A stretch of 64,000 nt of DNA, taken from NCBI GenBank assembly GCA_964016885.1, contig OZ024759.1:25606001-25670000 (forward strand). Direction: 5' to 3'. The notes under the pieces were generated by a model, which had not been told where the DNA came from, ran no database searches, and was given only the letters and a program-made list of their open reading frames with translations. The DNA comes from Eledone cirrhosa (taxonomy: Eukaryota). The first letter of the stretch is position 1. Every line of letters begins with the position of its first letter. Below are positions 45,108 to 59,524 of the stretch, one piece after another. The translations under genes and the position numbers were made by a program.

Positions 45108-46277
45108 TGTCCCCCCTGCTTCTGCTGGACACCACCAGAGGGCGTTAGCCCCAGTGTTTTTTCAATAGCTACGGCTTTCTAAATGTTTACCTATAAACAT
45201 AGTGTTTCTTTAGAAATACGAAATTTCTATACATATCTGTATACAGCTATGCCTAAAGCTAAATTCTAATTCTCTCTATATATATATATCATCATCATCA
45301 TCGTTATTTTACATCCGATTTCCCCTATCTTGAAAATAGAGTGTTTTGTGTTGCTATCATGTCTTATCATGATGGAAAGAGCAATAGAAATTGCCTAGAG
45401 TATTTATTTGTGCTTCAAGGAGGGTTAGTTTTCTGTTTAGTCATGGACTGTAATATATTCAAACCATACAAGAACAAAAAGCCATGTAAAATGGAGCTGG
45501 CGGTTAACAGGTGTAAGCTGCTATATCCAACCAGAATTCTCTCCACTCTTTCTGTTCAAAGTGGGTGTAACCGGCTGCTCATCCTGGTGTTAAGTTATTG
45601 TTCTCAAAATAAATAATATCACATTCTCATAGATTCGGTATTATGTGAGATAAAGTATTTACTGTGAAAATACAATAGTATATATAGAGTAATTTAAATG
45701 CTAAAGGGTGGGAAACCTATGCTGTTTGCATGACTTCAATAAACTAAGATTTAGGTCAGGACAAGGATGGTTAGTTAGCAATCAGAAATAAAACTTAACT
45801 TCTCTGAATAAAATTTCTAATTAGATCTTTTTACATGGTCGTTTGACAGACTAAAAATAACAGTGAAATAGATTTTGATAAGCCTGTGTGGTTATCCATG
45901 GAAACATAGAAAACTGCTGCTGATGATGGCACAAGTATATCTATGTGTGACTAGCACAGATTGTTTTGTACGTGTATACTGTGAAATGATAATTGTTTCT
46001 ACTTTTTGGCACAAGGCCAGCAATTACCCAGTGCATTACTGGTACTTTAGTTTATCGACCCCGTAAGGATGAAAGGCAAAGTTAACCTCGACGGGATTTG
46101 AACTCAGACCATAAAGGGACGTAACTATGCTGGAAAGCATGGCGTCCGACCCTCTACCGATACTGCCAATTCACCAATGATATATACACACACATATATA
46201 TATTACACACACACACACACATACATACATATAAGCATACAATTGACGTAAAACAGTGATGATGATCATATACACAC

Positions 46278-46319
<42 letters not shown>

Positions 46320-46613
46320 AAATTTACAGACATATTTATATATATATTAAAAGATGATGATGATGAAGATAATATATATATATATATATTTTTTTCTATC
46401 GAATTGACTTTCGTCAAATCAGACCGAGGAAACAATGTTTCCGTTGGTCTTTCCAATTAATACTATCTATCGGTCGCAACTGCAGGTAGAAGGAGCAACG
46501 TGAAATAAAGTGTCTTGCCCAAGGACATAACGCATCGAACTCACAACCTCACGATTGCGAATCCAATTCTCTAACCACTCAGCCAATTCTCTAACCGCTC
46601 AGCCATGCGCCTC

Positions 46614-46761
<148 letters not shown>

Positions 46762-46860
46762 TCTTCATCATCATCATCTTTTAATATATATATAAATATA
46801 TAATTGTTAATACTTGAAATAAAACCCTTTTTGTACAGCCGGCCATGTTATTCTTCAATC

Positions 46861-46932
<72 letters not shown>

Positions 46933-46937
<5 letters not shown>

Positions 46938-48063
46938 ATATATTAATTTCAACAACGTTCGTATTCCGTGTGTTATAATTCTCGATTATCATTGGTTCAT
47001 AGGTTTCAAACGACTCCGCCCACCTCAACAACGCCAAATTTAAATTAATTCGCATAATGCCAATGAGGGAGTGTAAGAAACAGAGAGGCAAAGTGAACGT
47101 GGTAACTATTACCATGTGTGTGTGTGTATGTACGTACGCGTATGTTTATGTGTGTGTGCGTGCGTGCAGCGTTCCACAGAAAGTAAAAACAATCAACATG
47201 TGTGAGTGTGTAAGTGGGTGTAAGTGTACGGGTGCGTGTGTAAGTTTGCGTGCGTGTGCGCGTTTCCATGCGTGTATGTGTGTGTACGTGGGGCGTTCCA
47301 CAATCGCCACGCAGTTTATCTGTCTGTGTGCCTGTCTGTCAGTCTAACATACACAGAGTTGTGAAGGGAGTAAATAGGGACCTTTTTTTCACATTGACGG
47401 ACATCTTTTATATTTATTATTTTGTCATTTTTTGACAATTGCTCGAAATGAATACTGATAATAAAAGCAATTCGACTTTATCAAACGGTGAACTACAGCG
47501 GCGACGGGAATGAAGAAAAAACGTGCAGCCAGGAATGAAGAAAAAACGGACCGAACAGCGCCATCGAAACGCCGAACTTCAGAGGCGAAGACGTGCCGCC
47601 ATGAATGAAGAGGAGTTGGCTGAAAAACGCCAACGAAACACGAGCCAAGCAGCGACGGCGTGCTGCGATGGTTGAAGACGAACTGGCTGAGCATCATCTT
47701 TTATATTAATTATCTATATCTATATCTACATATAATATAAAAGATTGGAACTTCCATCATCCTTTTGAGAAACATGGAACAACCACGTCTATGCAATGAT
47801 ACACGTTTTACAGTCAGGCAGAAGATGAACCATCTCCTAGAGGTCACTATTCTAGGTGGGAACACCTAGAATTGTCCATATACTATGCACAAACGGTACA
47901 ACGAAGAATCTGGTATATCTGGAAGATTTCTTTTTACTGTTTTCTGAATCACACAGACACCACGGACTCGCCTCATACTGTAACCAGACAGTACAGTCAT
48001 TTTCTCTTTTACCTGTCTTCTCTTAACATCTGTTTACCCGGGCGAAGCTGGGTACGTCAGCTA

Positions 48064-48064
<1 letters not shown>
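46933..48064 (+). mobile_element. Helitron remnant(s): 5' TC, RepHel N-terminal repeat relic, helicase fragment, 3' hairpin + CTAG
   Basis: 47570-47695 reads HRNAELQRRRRAAMNEEELAEKRQRN..RRRAAMVEDELAE. 47753-47855 reads IILLRNMEQPRLCNDTRFTVRQKMNHLLEVTIL (PIF1-like LRN..LCNGTR motif). Hairpin acccgggcgaagctgggt at 48036-48053, then CTAG|T. A second TC start lies at 47713. Confidence 0.75.
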
Positions 48065-48103
<39 letters not shown>

Positions 48104-48109
<6 letters not shown>

Positions 48110-48325
48110 CAAGAAAGGAGAGTAACATGGTTGGCTGTACAATAAGGGCTGACAATTGTTTCTTTGATCTGGTAGGTCTAGAGTTCGGTAATCGCTTGAT
48201 GTTGCGTCAATCGATCAAGCGATTACCGAACTCTAGACCTACCAGATCAACGAAACAATTGTCAGCACTGTGAATAAAGTCCTTATTGTACAGCCAACCA
48301 TGTTACTCTTCTTTCTTGAATTATT
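48104..48325. mobile_element. ~220-bp foldback element containing a hammerhead 3' half
   Basis: Near-perfect palindrome centred near 48205, containing GAAAC-AAUU-GUC-AGC at 48252-48267. Confidence 0.65.
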
Positions 48326-48489
48326 ATTACTCCAAGTATAACCTACATAGAAATCACTGCGAACTCGCTGCATCACTATGGAAGCGTCTTGTTGAGTCAA
48401 ACTAAGCCACACGTTAAAACCATCCACAACACGGAGTGCTCTAACTGGACTACATCTAAGTGGATTACCTATAACGATAACTTGTTATC

Positions 48490-48565
<76 letters not shown>

Positions 48566-49079
48566 GGAAATCATATCAAACCACAGTCCACCATTTGCCT
48601 CCTTCACAGAACCATGGTTCAACTAAACACTTTTGCGATATTAACACATTTTGAACTGCTTAACTTCAATGACTGTGCTTGTAAATAACATTAACTTTTC
48701 TTCCACATTGACTTTTTACGTTCCACATTATGCACGTTTTTTTTTTCCTTTTTCTTTTTTCTTTTCACTTCTTAAACCTTGTTTGTATATAACATTATTC
48801 TTTCTGCACCTTCTGTTTAACATGCGCGACACCACACTAATACATTTCACTATCATTTGATAATGCATATAAATGCAGAAACCGCTAATAGACAATAATT
48901 AAATATATAAATAGATAAATAAATGCCATTGTTAAATAATAAATAAATCAACTAATACCTTAACACTTCACACAAAGTAAAACATTTCGTTTTAATCATT
49001 TTCTAACCCAGAAAAAAGAGAGACACAAAAAAGGAAAAAAATATATTTTTCTTCCTCATAATCGTCTCTTTCCCCCTGT

Positions 49080-49119
<40 letters not shown>

Positions 49120-49125
<6 letters not shown>

Positions 49126-49807
49126 CAATATGTTGAAAAGGTAACACACTAGAGAGAGAGAGAGAGATAGGGCGCCATCAATCAAACAGGGAAAAACCAC
49201 TAGTGTATGGAAGAGTAGACACACAATAATTAAAAGTATAAATTAAAGTGTAAATACATACCTCGATAACTATCTAACACACACGTACAAATCCAAAAAG
49301 ATCTGTTTCGCCAAATAAGTTGTTGACAGAAATGATTAGCCCATGGTTCATCAGCGTGTGTAAGGCTATACATTTCAGACAACTCTAAGAGAATCTAAAG
49401 CGACCGTCCAGCTTCACGTGGGAGAGAGGATTCACAGCGTGCCTAGGGCAGTAGCCAGTGGCTTCTGAGGGACGAGTTGCTAGAAAGGGCAGCCCAAACC
49501 ACTCAGAGAAGTGTGCTCAACCAAACAGAGAGAGAGAGAGGAAAGACTGTTATAAGGAGCGAAATATCACGATACATTAACGGAGCCATAGACTCTCGCT
49601 ATTCCCTGTCAGTAATGTGCTCAAAGGAGAAGGAATCCCGAGCTAGTGGTTTTTCCCTGTTTGATTGATGGCGCACTATCTCTCTCTCTCTAGTGTGTTA
49701 CCTTTTCAACATTTTGTATTATAAAGAGCTCGGGATTCCTTCTCCTTTAAGCACATTACTGACAGGGAATAGCGAGAGTCTATGGCTCCGTTAATTTATC
49801 GTGATAT

Positions 49808-49808
<1 letters not shown>
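49120..49808. mobile_element. Element with interleaved inverted repeats (A..B A' B') between (TA)n tracts
   Basis: 49120-49203 is the reverse complement of 49643-49723; 49563-49644 is the reverse complement of 49727-49808. Confidence 0.7.
49278..49362 (-). ncRNA. Full monomeric type I hammerhead ribozyme-like fold
   Basis: UACACACG-CUGAUGA-ACCA..UGGC-GAAA-CAGAUCU-UUUU-GGAUUUG-UA-CGUGUGUG: 8-bp stem I, 8-bp stem III, GUA site, and an A-C mismatch at the base of stem II. Confidence 0.7.
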
Positions 49809-49903
<95 letters not shown>

Positions 49904-50071
49904 CGAAGGAAATGTGGTAAGGAACCAGGTGGACCATAACGCACCAAAGTACTCAATACTTAGGGTAGTAGAGTGGGTAATAGGAACCAGTAAGACCCCG
50001 ACGGCTGAGCTCAAGCCGTTTCGACGGCTAATTCTGGACGTCCAGAATTAGCCGTCGGGGTCTTACTGGTT

Positions 50072-50104
<33 letters not shown>

Positions 50105-50412
50105 TCACCGTTTTACGTCCGTTCTTCCACGCTAGCATGGGTTAGACGGGTTGTCCTGTTGTGAGCAGTGTCCAGTCGGCTGACCTTGTCTTGCTCATAC
50201 AGGAACTGATTCTGGCTTGATTTCTACAGCTGGATGCCCTTCCTAACACCAACCTCATTTACAATGAGTGCTAGGTGCTTTTTTCCGTGGCGCCTACACG
50301 TCCACTTTACAGTGTGGGCTGGGTGCTTTTTTGCCGTGGCACCTCCATGACCACTTTGCAGTGGGAGGGTGGGGGGCATATTGTCTATATGCTTATATAT
50401 ATATATATATAT

Positions 50413-50443
<31 letters not shown>

Positions 50444-50444
50444 C

Positions 50445-50522
<78 letters not shown>

Positions 50523-51708
50523 GTATGTCCTACCCTTGTAACCACGAAAATCATCATTATCTTCATCATTTTACGTCCACTTTTCCCTGCTTGCAAGGGT
50601 GGGACGGGAACTGACTCTGGCTTGATTTCTACAGCTGGATGCCCTTCCTAACACCAACCTCATTTACAGTGAGTGTTGGGTGCTTTTTTGCCGTGGCACC
50701 TCCACGACCACTTTGCAGTGGAATGATAAGTACCCCAGTCCCTATCATCTCATTTCTACAGCTGAGTAAACTGGAGCAATGTGAAATAAAGTGTCTTGCT
50801 AAAGGAAACAACACATCACCCGGTCTGAGAATTGAACTCACAACCTTTCGATTGCAAGGCCAATGCTCTAACCACTAAGCCATGTGCCTCCAAAGCGATG
50901 TAAAATGATGATGATATATCTGTGTGTATGTGTGTGTGTGTGTGTATGTGTGCGCGCGCGCGCGCGTGTGTGTGTGTATAGAATCAGTTACAACAGTGAC
51001 ATTCTCAGGTACTTACATTTCATTGGGTTATTTATCCCAACTCATTCAGCCTGTCATAACAACAATGTATATAATATAATATAACTGTTATAAGTGATTA
51101 TAAAGGACTAAGTGCTTTAGACCTTTCCATATCTATAACAATATATATATATATAGATAACAATTAAATTTTGTTTAAGGCATTTAATTGCTAACGATCG
51201 TTTCTTCCAGACATAGGTCCAGACCTCGGAGCATATACAATGTTAAAACAAATGCATTCCTAATCATTAGAACATTCATTAAGATACATTGATACATTAT
51301 ATGTGAGAAGACTAATTATAATTGTTAGTGTCAGTTACAATATATTAAAAAGTAAGAGCAAATATTATTATAAATAAGGTACCACCAATACCAAATGGCC
51401 TTGTGCCAATAGTAGAAACAATTATATTATAATGATTATTATTATTATTATTATTATTATAAAGTGAAATGACAGGAGGCCAAATATGTCGCATTTCCTT
51501 ATTTCTTTATTTCTGCAAACATTATGCACATTTTGTTGTTTATTATACAATTAAATAGCTCTGTACTATACATAGAGCACTCTTCTTTCCTTTACCTTTT
51601 CTATGGAAATACATAACACACACACACACATATATATATATACAATAATTTAGATCGATATACAATCATTTAAACCTTGTTATCCCATAATTACTCAATA
51701 AAATAGAA

Positions 51709-51764
<56 letters not shown>

Positions 51765-52802
51765 GTAGAATAATCGAGTATCGAAAAATCGGCTCACGAG
51801 TTTACGATAAACAAATTCGACATGAGTGGCAGAGGGCTCAATAATTCATATAAATCAGAGCTATAACTATCGTTAAAATACCAACACACAAAGATTATGT
51901 CTAAAATCACCCATGCGACCGAAAAATTACGATCAGGAAGATTCGGGTCACTCAGATAAAATATCAATAAATCAATAAATCATATAAATGTAAAAAGCTT
52001 ACCCGGACCCACTAGAAAGATGGTAAATCTAGCTTCTTGGGTTTCTGTAATTCCTTAATCCGCCCCCTATCAGCCCACATAAAAATATATAAGACTTCTA
52101 GAGAGCGGCGGACGGGAATACTTTATCAACGGGCTTTGTCCAAACGAATAAAAAAGCCAACCCTAGTTGAGACGCACATGGTGTCCAGCAAGGGAGATAA
52201 CCTCTATATCCGCGAAAGATATTCGGAAATGTGGGAAATCACATATCGAATAAGAGTGCTCAATAGACATGTTAAAATAAACAGGAGCTATTCATCATTT
52301 AATAGAATCGACAAAAAATGAACAATAAAATTAACTGGTCAATAGCTAAGTCTAGAGCTAAATATAGTAGAATAATCGAGTATCGAAAAATCATATATAT
52401 ATATATAAATTTAATGTACTTGTTCACGTGACAGTCATAATTTCATTTATAACCAATCAAATTACATTTCAGCACATCACTGAACCAGAACAATTCTCCC
52501 CATCCCTTTTTTCTTGACCATTATCTTTTGTTTGGCACAGAATTCTGTAAATGGCTACAAAAAAAATTCCCAAATACGGGTGCGAAATTTAATGTACTTG
52601 TTCACATGAAAGTCATAATTTCATTTATAACCAATCAAATTATATTTATAAAAAAACCCTCTTGAGCCACTTTTTAAAGTAAAAAGAAATTCAAACACAA
52701 ACTGGCGCGGTAGTTGATGTGCTTATTCACGTGACTGCATGCATCAACTAACCAAATTTCACTCATATATTAAAAAACAATTTGAGTACCCCCCCCCCCC
52801 CC

Positions 52803-53286
52803 TTTTCGAATATTAATAATAACATTCGATTCGTTTGCAATTACGCAAACAAGCCTCATTTTTAAAGCCATGTCAGTAGAATGAACCCTTCATTCTTGCT
52901 CTTGTGTTGGCATGTAAAGCTGGCCATTTATCACTCGTATACAGGAAACTGACTGGCCAGTCTGCCGATATGCAAATCTGGCTGATCAGTGGATCTGCTA
53001 ATATGTAGATCTGACTGATCAACCAGTCTGTTCATATGCAAATCAGGCCGATCAGTCACTATATATTTTAGAAAATAGCATATATTTTCACTAGCTCTGA
53101 CAGTTGCAGGTGAACAGTGAGATGTACTGATGAAGGGTGATACCCAGAAACATTAGTGTATGTAGCTCTGTTTACATGCCAACACAAGAGCAAGAATGAA
53201 GTGTTCATTCTACTGACATGGCTATAACATTGAGGCTTGTTTGCATAATTGCAAAGGAATCGAATGTTATTATTAATATTCGAAAA
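52803..53286. mobile_element. Inverted-repeat element (~115-bp arms) with an internal hammerhead-like motif at 53122-53165
   Basis: 52803-52918 is the reverse complement of 53171-53286. Motif UGUA-CUGAUGA-AGGGU-GAU-ACCCA-GAAA-CAUUAGUG-UA-UGUA. Confidence 0.6.
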
Positions 53287-53429
53287 ACTCAGATTACATT
53301 TATAGTATTCAGCCATGTAGAGCGAATTTTTATATATATAAGGTAAATTCTATAAGTTGATAATACAACAATAAGGCTACAGCTATTTAAAGCTTAATTG
53401 TTTAACCTTGATGGTCTATTTCACGTGTT

Positions 53430-53461
<32 letters not shown>

Positions 53462-54677
53462 GTCTGTGTGTGTGTTTATTGGGTCGTGAGGAAGGCAATT
53501 TGAGAAATTTGTTTTTGTTTACAAATTTCTACAATCTCATACTTGACGCCCCAATATATAGCCTTTATAGTCTATGTGTGCGTGTAATTATATAGCCTGT
53601 GTGTGTGTGTAATTATATAGTCTGGGTGTGTATGGAGGGGGATTTTCAAATGACAAATTCTAATTGTATTTGTACAAGCGTGTGTATGTGCAGGTGTTTG
53701 GATGTATATACAAATGTATGAATGTGTGTGCATGTTTATTTGTGTATATTTACACAAATGTGTTTGTGCGAGTGTGTATTGGAATGGAAGCTTGCTTTCC
53801 TCTGTGTGTGTGTCTGTGAGCACATTTGTGCGCGCGCACGTGTGTGTGTGTGTGCATGATGTGTTGGTATGTGAAGTAGCTTTCTTGTGAGTATGTGTGT
53901 GTATGTGTGTGTGTTGATATGTGAAGTAGCTTTCTTGTGTGTATGTGTATGTGTATGTATGTGTTTGTGTGTGTGTGTGAGTGTGTGTGTGTAAGTGTGA
54001 CTAAGTGTATAATGACAAATTTTAAACATGAACTTAATTTCATGTGTGTATGTGTAGTGTGTTATATTGCATATGTATGTGTGACTGAGTGTAATTTTAT
54101 TACATGTTTGAATGTGTATGTATGTATGCAAACGCCTTGTTTCAGGGGAGGGTACCAGCCCCCCCCCCCCCCACACACACACTTTTTCAAACGTCTATGT
54201 TTTGTTTTTTGTTTATTTGATATAATAAATTCTTTTTAAGCATATTTTTTTTATATCTGAACTTCATTTGAATATATAAAATTTAATTTGCGTAAAATTT
54301 TACTTATGTGATAGGGTCCCGGAAAGGCACCATAAACTATACTAACATGCTCCTTTAAGAATCAACAAATGTATATAACATTATTCTTTCTGCACCTTCT
54401 GTTTAACATGTGCGACACCACACTAATACATTTCACTATCATTTGATAATGCATATAAATGCAGAAACCGGTAATAGACAATAATTAAATATATAAATAG
54501 ATAAATAAATGCCATTGTTAAATAATAAATAAATCAACTAATACCTTAATACTTCACACAAAGTAAAACATTTCGTTTTAATCATTTTCTAACCCAGAAA
54601 AGAGAGAGAGAGAGAGACACACAAAAAAAAGGAAAAAAAAATTTTTTTCTTCCTCATAATCGTCTTTTTCTCCCTGT

Positions 54678-54721
<44 letters not shown>

Positions 54722-55141
54722 GAGTCAGTGTGTATGCGTGTTCCCACACACGTGTGTGTGTTTCCATATTTGCGTGCGCGTCTGTATTTATAATAATGCC
54801 GGTTTATACAGCGTCTTCGTGTTTTTGTTTGTAAATTTATGTCTCCATAAGTTTAAACATATCAATAAGTAAGAGATTGATAAGATAAGTACCAGACAGA
54901 ACTTCCCTCCCAAAACAACAACAGAGCAACAACAATAAACTATCTACTATATTCGATTTATCGATCAAACACTTTGAAGAGGGCGTGCTCCCTAGGCTGA
55001 TCAAACTGAAGTCTAGGGAAATCGCAAGGACCAGTTGCCCTTCAATTTTTTACGGGCCGAAGTGCAATGAAAGATTGATATGCAACAGGCCCACCCCACA
55101 CAACGAAATTCAAGAGTCTTGGATAATCCGGACCTGCAAGC

Positions 55142-55196
<55 letters not shown>

Positions 55197-55339
55197 CATT
55201 ATTATTATTAGTAGTACAAGTTAAAGTTTAAGCAAAGAATCTCTTAAACTGTATGTATATACAGACATATGTATTTATACACACAGATGAGAGATACGCA
55301 CGTGTATATATATATATAGGTATACCTATTAATACTTAC

Positions 55340-55423
55340 CCAGAATAAGAAGTTACAAAAAAAAACGGTGTATTTGAGGACAGGATTAACGTAGCTAACA
55401 TCATCGCCGCCGACTGACGCCAT
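55340..55423 (-). CDS. Tetraspanin (TspanC8 subfamily), exon 1
   Basis: MASVGGDDVSYVNPVLKYTVFFCNFLFW; donor TGG|GTAAGT. Confidence 0.92.
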
Positions 55424-55714
55424 TTTCACAGCAAGCCTTAATGTTGTTTAGTGATAATGGTAGAGAGAGGTATTATAGTCATTGTTTAAGTGTGTATCTC
55501 TCTGTCTTTCTTTGTGTGTGTGTGTGTGTGTGTGTAATGATCATTTAACAGCTAGAAAGGGTTGGGCATTATTATACATACATATAATCATATACACAGG
55601 CACACACACACACATCTATATACACAGGCACATATATACATACACAGGCACACACACACACATCTATATATACATACTTGTGGCCATAACTTTCTCACTC
55701 CCTCCCTCTCTCTC

Positions 55715-55779
<65 letters not shown>

Positions 55780-55790
55780 TACATATATAC

Positions 55791-55914
<124 letters not shown>

Positions 55915-55917
55915 ATA

Positions 55918-56128
<211 letters not shown>

Positions 56129-56132
56129 TCAC

Positions 56133-56171
<39 letters not shown>

Positions 56172-56172
56172 C

Positions 56173-56339
<167 letters not shown>

Positions 56340-56361
56340 TATATATATATACATATATATG

Positions 56362-56420
<59 letters not shown>

Positions 56421-56426
<6 letters not shown>

Positions 56427-56661
56427 GAGACTGAGGTTGGCTGGACATGCTCACCGACATCCGGAGTTGACATTGCACTCAGTGCTCCTTTGGGAGCCCA
56501 TACATGGACACACTAGAAGAGGAAGACCAAGGTTAACATATGTTGATGCCCTAAGGACAGACACTGGTCTGTTGGAGATGCAGGATATGGCAGCGATAAT
56601 GAGGGACAGAGACCGCTGGAGAGAACTCGTCCATGGATCTCTGGAATTTTACCCGCCTTAG
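56421..56661 (+). mobile_element. RTE-type LINE 3' fragment inside a (TA)n array
   Basis: [45 protein letters not shown], with a (TAGA)n tail. Confidence 0.8.
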
Positions 56662-56669
56662 ATAGATAG

Positions 56670-56752
<83 letters not shown>

Positions 56753-56840
56753 TATATATTGTTATACTTTGGGAGGGTCATGTTGCCAATAAGAAACACA
56801 CGATTTCAGATAAAGAATCTTGCTAAACAAATTCAGAAAC

Positions 56841-56907
<67 letters not shown>

Positions 56908-56924
56908 ACGAAACATAAGTCAAA

Positions 56925-56968
<44 letters not shown>

Positions 56969-57009
56969 CAAAACATAAGTCACTTGCATGAACTCATAAT
57001 CCTTTATTT

Positions 57010-57065
57010 ACTGCTATATATATTTCGATGATAGCCATTGAATGGCTATGACCTCATCAGGCAGT
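57010..57065 (-). ncRNA. Minimal type I hammerhead ribozyme-like motif
   Basis: ACUGC-CUGAUGA-GGUCAUAGCCAU-UCA-AUGGCUAUCAUC-GAAA-UAUAUA-UA-GCAGU: perfect 5-bp stem I, 11-bp stem II, palindromic stem III. Confidence 0.72.
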
Positions 57066-57359
57066 TAGTCAGTTCTTAGATATGCCAACTCTGTGTTTAT
57101 AGTGTTGATGGTATCAGAGCCTTGGGACATATATATATAATTATGAAAAGATTCAGGACCCCGACGGCTGAGCTCCGGCTGTTTCGACAGCTAGATATGT
57201 GTGTGTGTGTGTGAAAGTATTAAGATTTCGGTGAATGTGAAAACGGCAAAAGGAAAACACAGTTCAATCAGATTTGAGAACTGATATATATATATACTCT
57301 GCTATGTATTGAGTACCTTACTTACTGTGGTTACCTCCGATTCAACCCGGAAATATTTA

Positions 57360-57490
<131 letters not shown>

Positions 57491-57901
57491 CGAAGGAAGT
57501 GTGATAAGGAACCAGATGGACCATAACGCACCAGAGTACTCAATACTTAGCCGTCGAAATGGCTTGAGCTCTGCTGTTGGGGTTAAACATTTTCCTATTC
57601 CTTATATATATATATATATTTCGTTTCTGAATTTGTTTAGCAAGATTGTTTATCTGAAAGCGTGTGTTGAAACCGATATTGTTATACTTTGGGACGGTCA
57701 TGATGCCAAAAAGAAACACACGCACCAGAATGTGTGACGAAAGAACTTTGACAATAAATGAACAACCGTCCGGTTGTGGAAACAACCAACCAACCGGAAA
57801 TTTACAAACTTTTTAAATTTATAAATTTAATTTATAATAATTTGGAGTGAAAGCAACTGGTGCGTGTGTTTCTTATTGACAACATGACCCTCCCGAAGTA
57901 T

Positions 57902-57934
<33 letters not shown>

Positions 57935-57984
57935 ACGAATGTAGCCACCTTAGCCCCAAAACTGGTAATAAGCCCAAGACAAAT

Positions 57985-58420
57985 TTTGAGCTGGGGATCA
58001 GCTGATAGTTACAGTATGTTGTTGAGCTATAAATCAGCTGGTAGAGATGGCATGCTGTGTGTTGTTGAGCTGGGGGTTCAAATCATTTTTAGTGATGGCC
58101 TGTTGTGTGTTGTTGAGCTGTGGATCAACTGGTTGGTAGTGAGGGCCTGTTGTGTGTTGTTGAGCTGTGGATCAACTGGTAGTGATGACATGTTGCGTGT
58201 TTTTGAGCTGAGGATCAATAGGTTAGTAGTGATGGTTGTGTGTTATTGAGCTATGAATTAACTGGTTGGTGGTGAGGGCCTGTTGTATGTTGTTGAGCTG
58301 TGGATCAACTGGTAGTGATGACATGTGTGTTGTTGAGCTGCAGATCAGTTGGCATCTTGTGTGTTGTTGAGCGATGGATCAGTAGATAGTGATGACATCT
58401 TGTGAGTGGTTAAGCTGTGC
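57985..58420. repeat. ~43-47-bp minisatellite (gtgtgttgttgagctgtggatcaactggtagtgatg..), ~9 copies
   Basis: Directly visible. Confidence 0.8.
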
Positions 58421-58702
58421 ATTCTGACCCCCACCCCCACCAAATATAATGATCTCACCACCATCACCACTGACACTGCCGCAATAGCTCGAGGTTTAAC
58501 CCTACAATGAACTGGCATCCTATACAGGAGAGGGGTAACCTTGTACTCCCAGTCACTTCACACCACAGAACCCGGGATACGTTCCAGCCTGTAAGCCTCC
58601 GCGCTTGAGACAGACGTTTGACTTAATCTGTGTTAGTTAAAAAATACAATACAATCGTATATACAAGCAGCTGAAATGGTTTCCTCTGAAGGGTCTTTAG
58701 AG

Positions 58703-58883
58703 CAGGCATGTCAAACTGAGGGTTCCTCTAAAGCCACATAGGTCATATATATGTTGTCTGAGGGTCACACACGACAACTAATTGTACACATTACAACCAA
58801 TTTTACGAAGATAAAATATGCTCGCTGTAAAAACTTTTGTGCGGGGTGCAGGTGTGCTTGTAAAGGGCCGCATGACATGCCTG
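58703..58883. mobile_element. hAT (Charlie-type) MITE nested in an RTE fragment
   Basis: TIRs caggcatgtca / tgacatgcctg; 8-bp TSD ctttagag / ctttagat. Confidence 0.75.
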
Positions 58884-59039
58884 CTTTAGATCAATGTTAC
58901 TCGATAGAGGGCATAGTTTGGCGATCTGGAGTCGCTCCAGGTAGAGCCATTACTGATCCAAATTAAGAGATCACAGCACTGCGACTACAGATATGGGCGT
59001 CAGTATGTCTAAGGAAAGAAAAGTTTCTTATTCCATGTT

Positions 59040-59487
59040 GACGACGATGGTGATGATGATGATGAAGATGATGATGATGATGATGATGAGGTTGGTGATG
59101 ATGATGATGATGTTGGTGATAACGATGATGATGATGATGATGATGACTTCATCACCATTTGAGACGCCCAAGTACGTAAATGACGTGTTTCCACCCTCCT
59201 CTCTACCAATATATCACAGGTATGCCAGGCTGAGACACCACAGTAAAGTCAGAAATGTGAACAGAACCGGTTTATTCACTACGGTAGAAGTGGTGGTGGT
59301 AGTAGAAGTGATAGTAGTAGTTGTAGTAGTATTAGTAGCAGTAGTAGTGGTGGTGGTGGAAGTAGTAGTAGTAGTAGTAGTAGTAATAGTAACAGTAGTA
59401 GTGGTGGTGGTGGTAGAAGTAGTAGTGGTGGTGGTGGTGGTAGAAGTAGTAGTAGTAGTAGTGGTGGTAGTAGAAGTAGAGGTGGTG

Positions 59488-59524
<37 letters not shown>

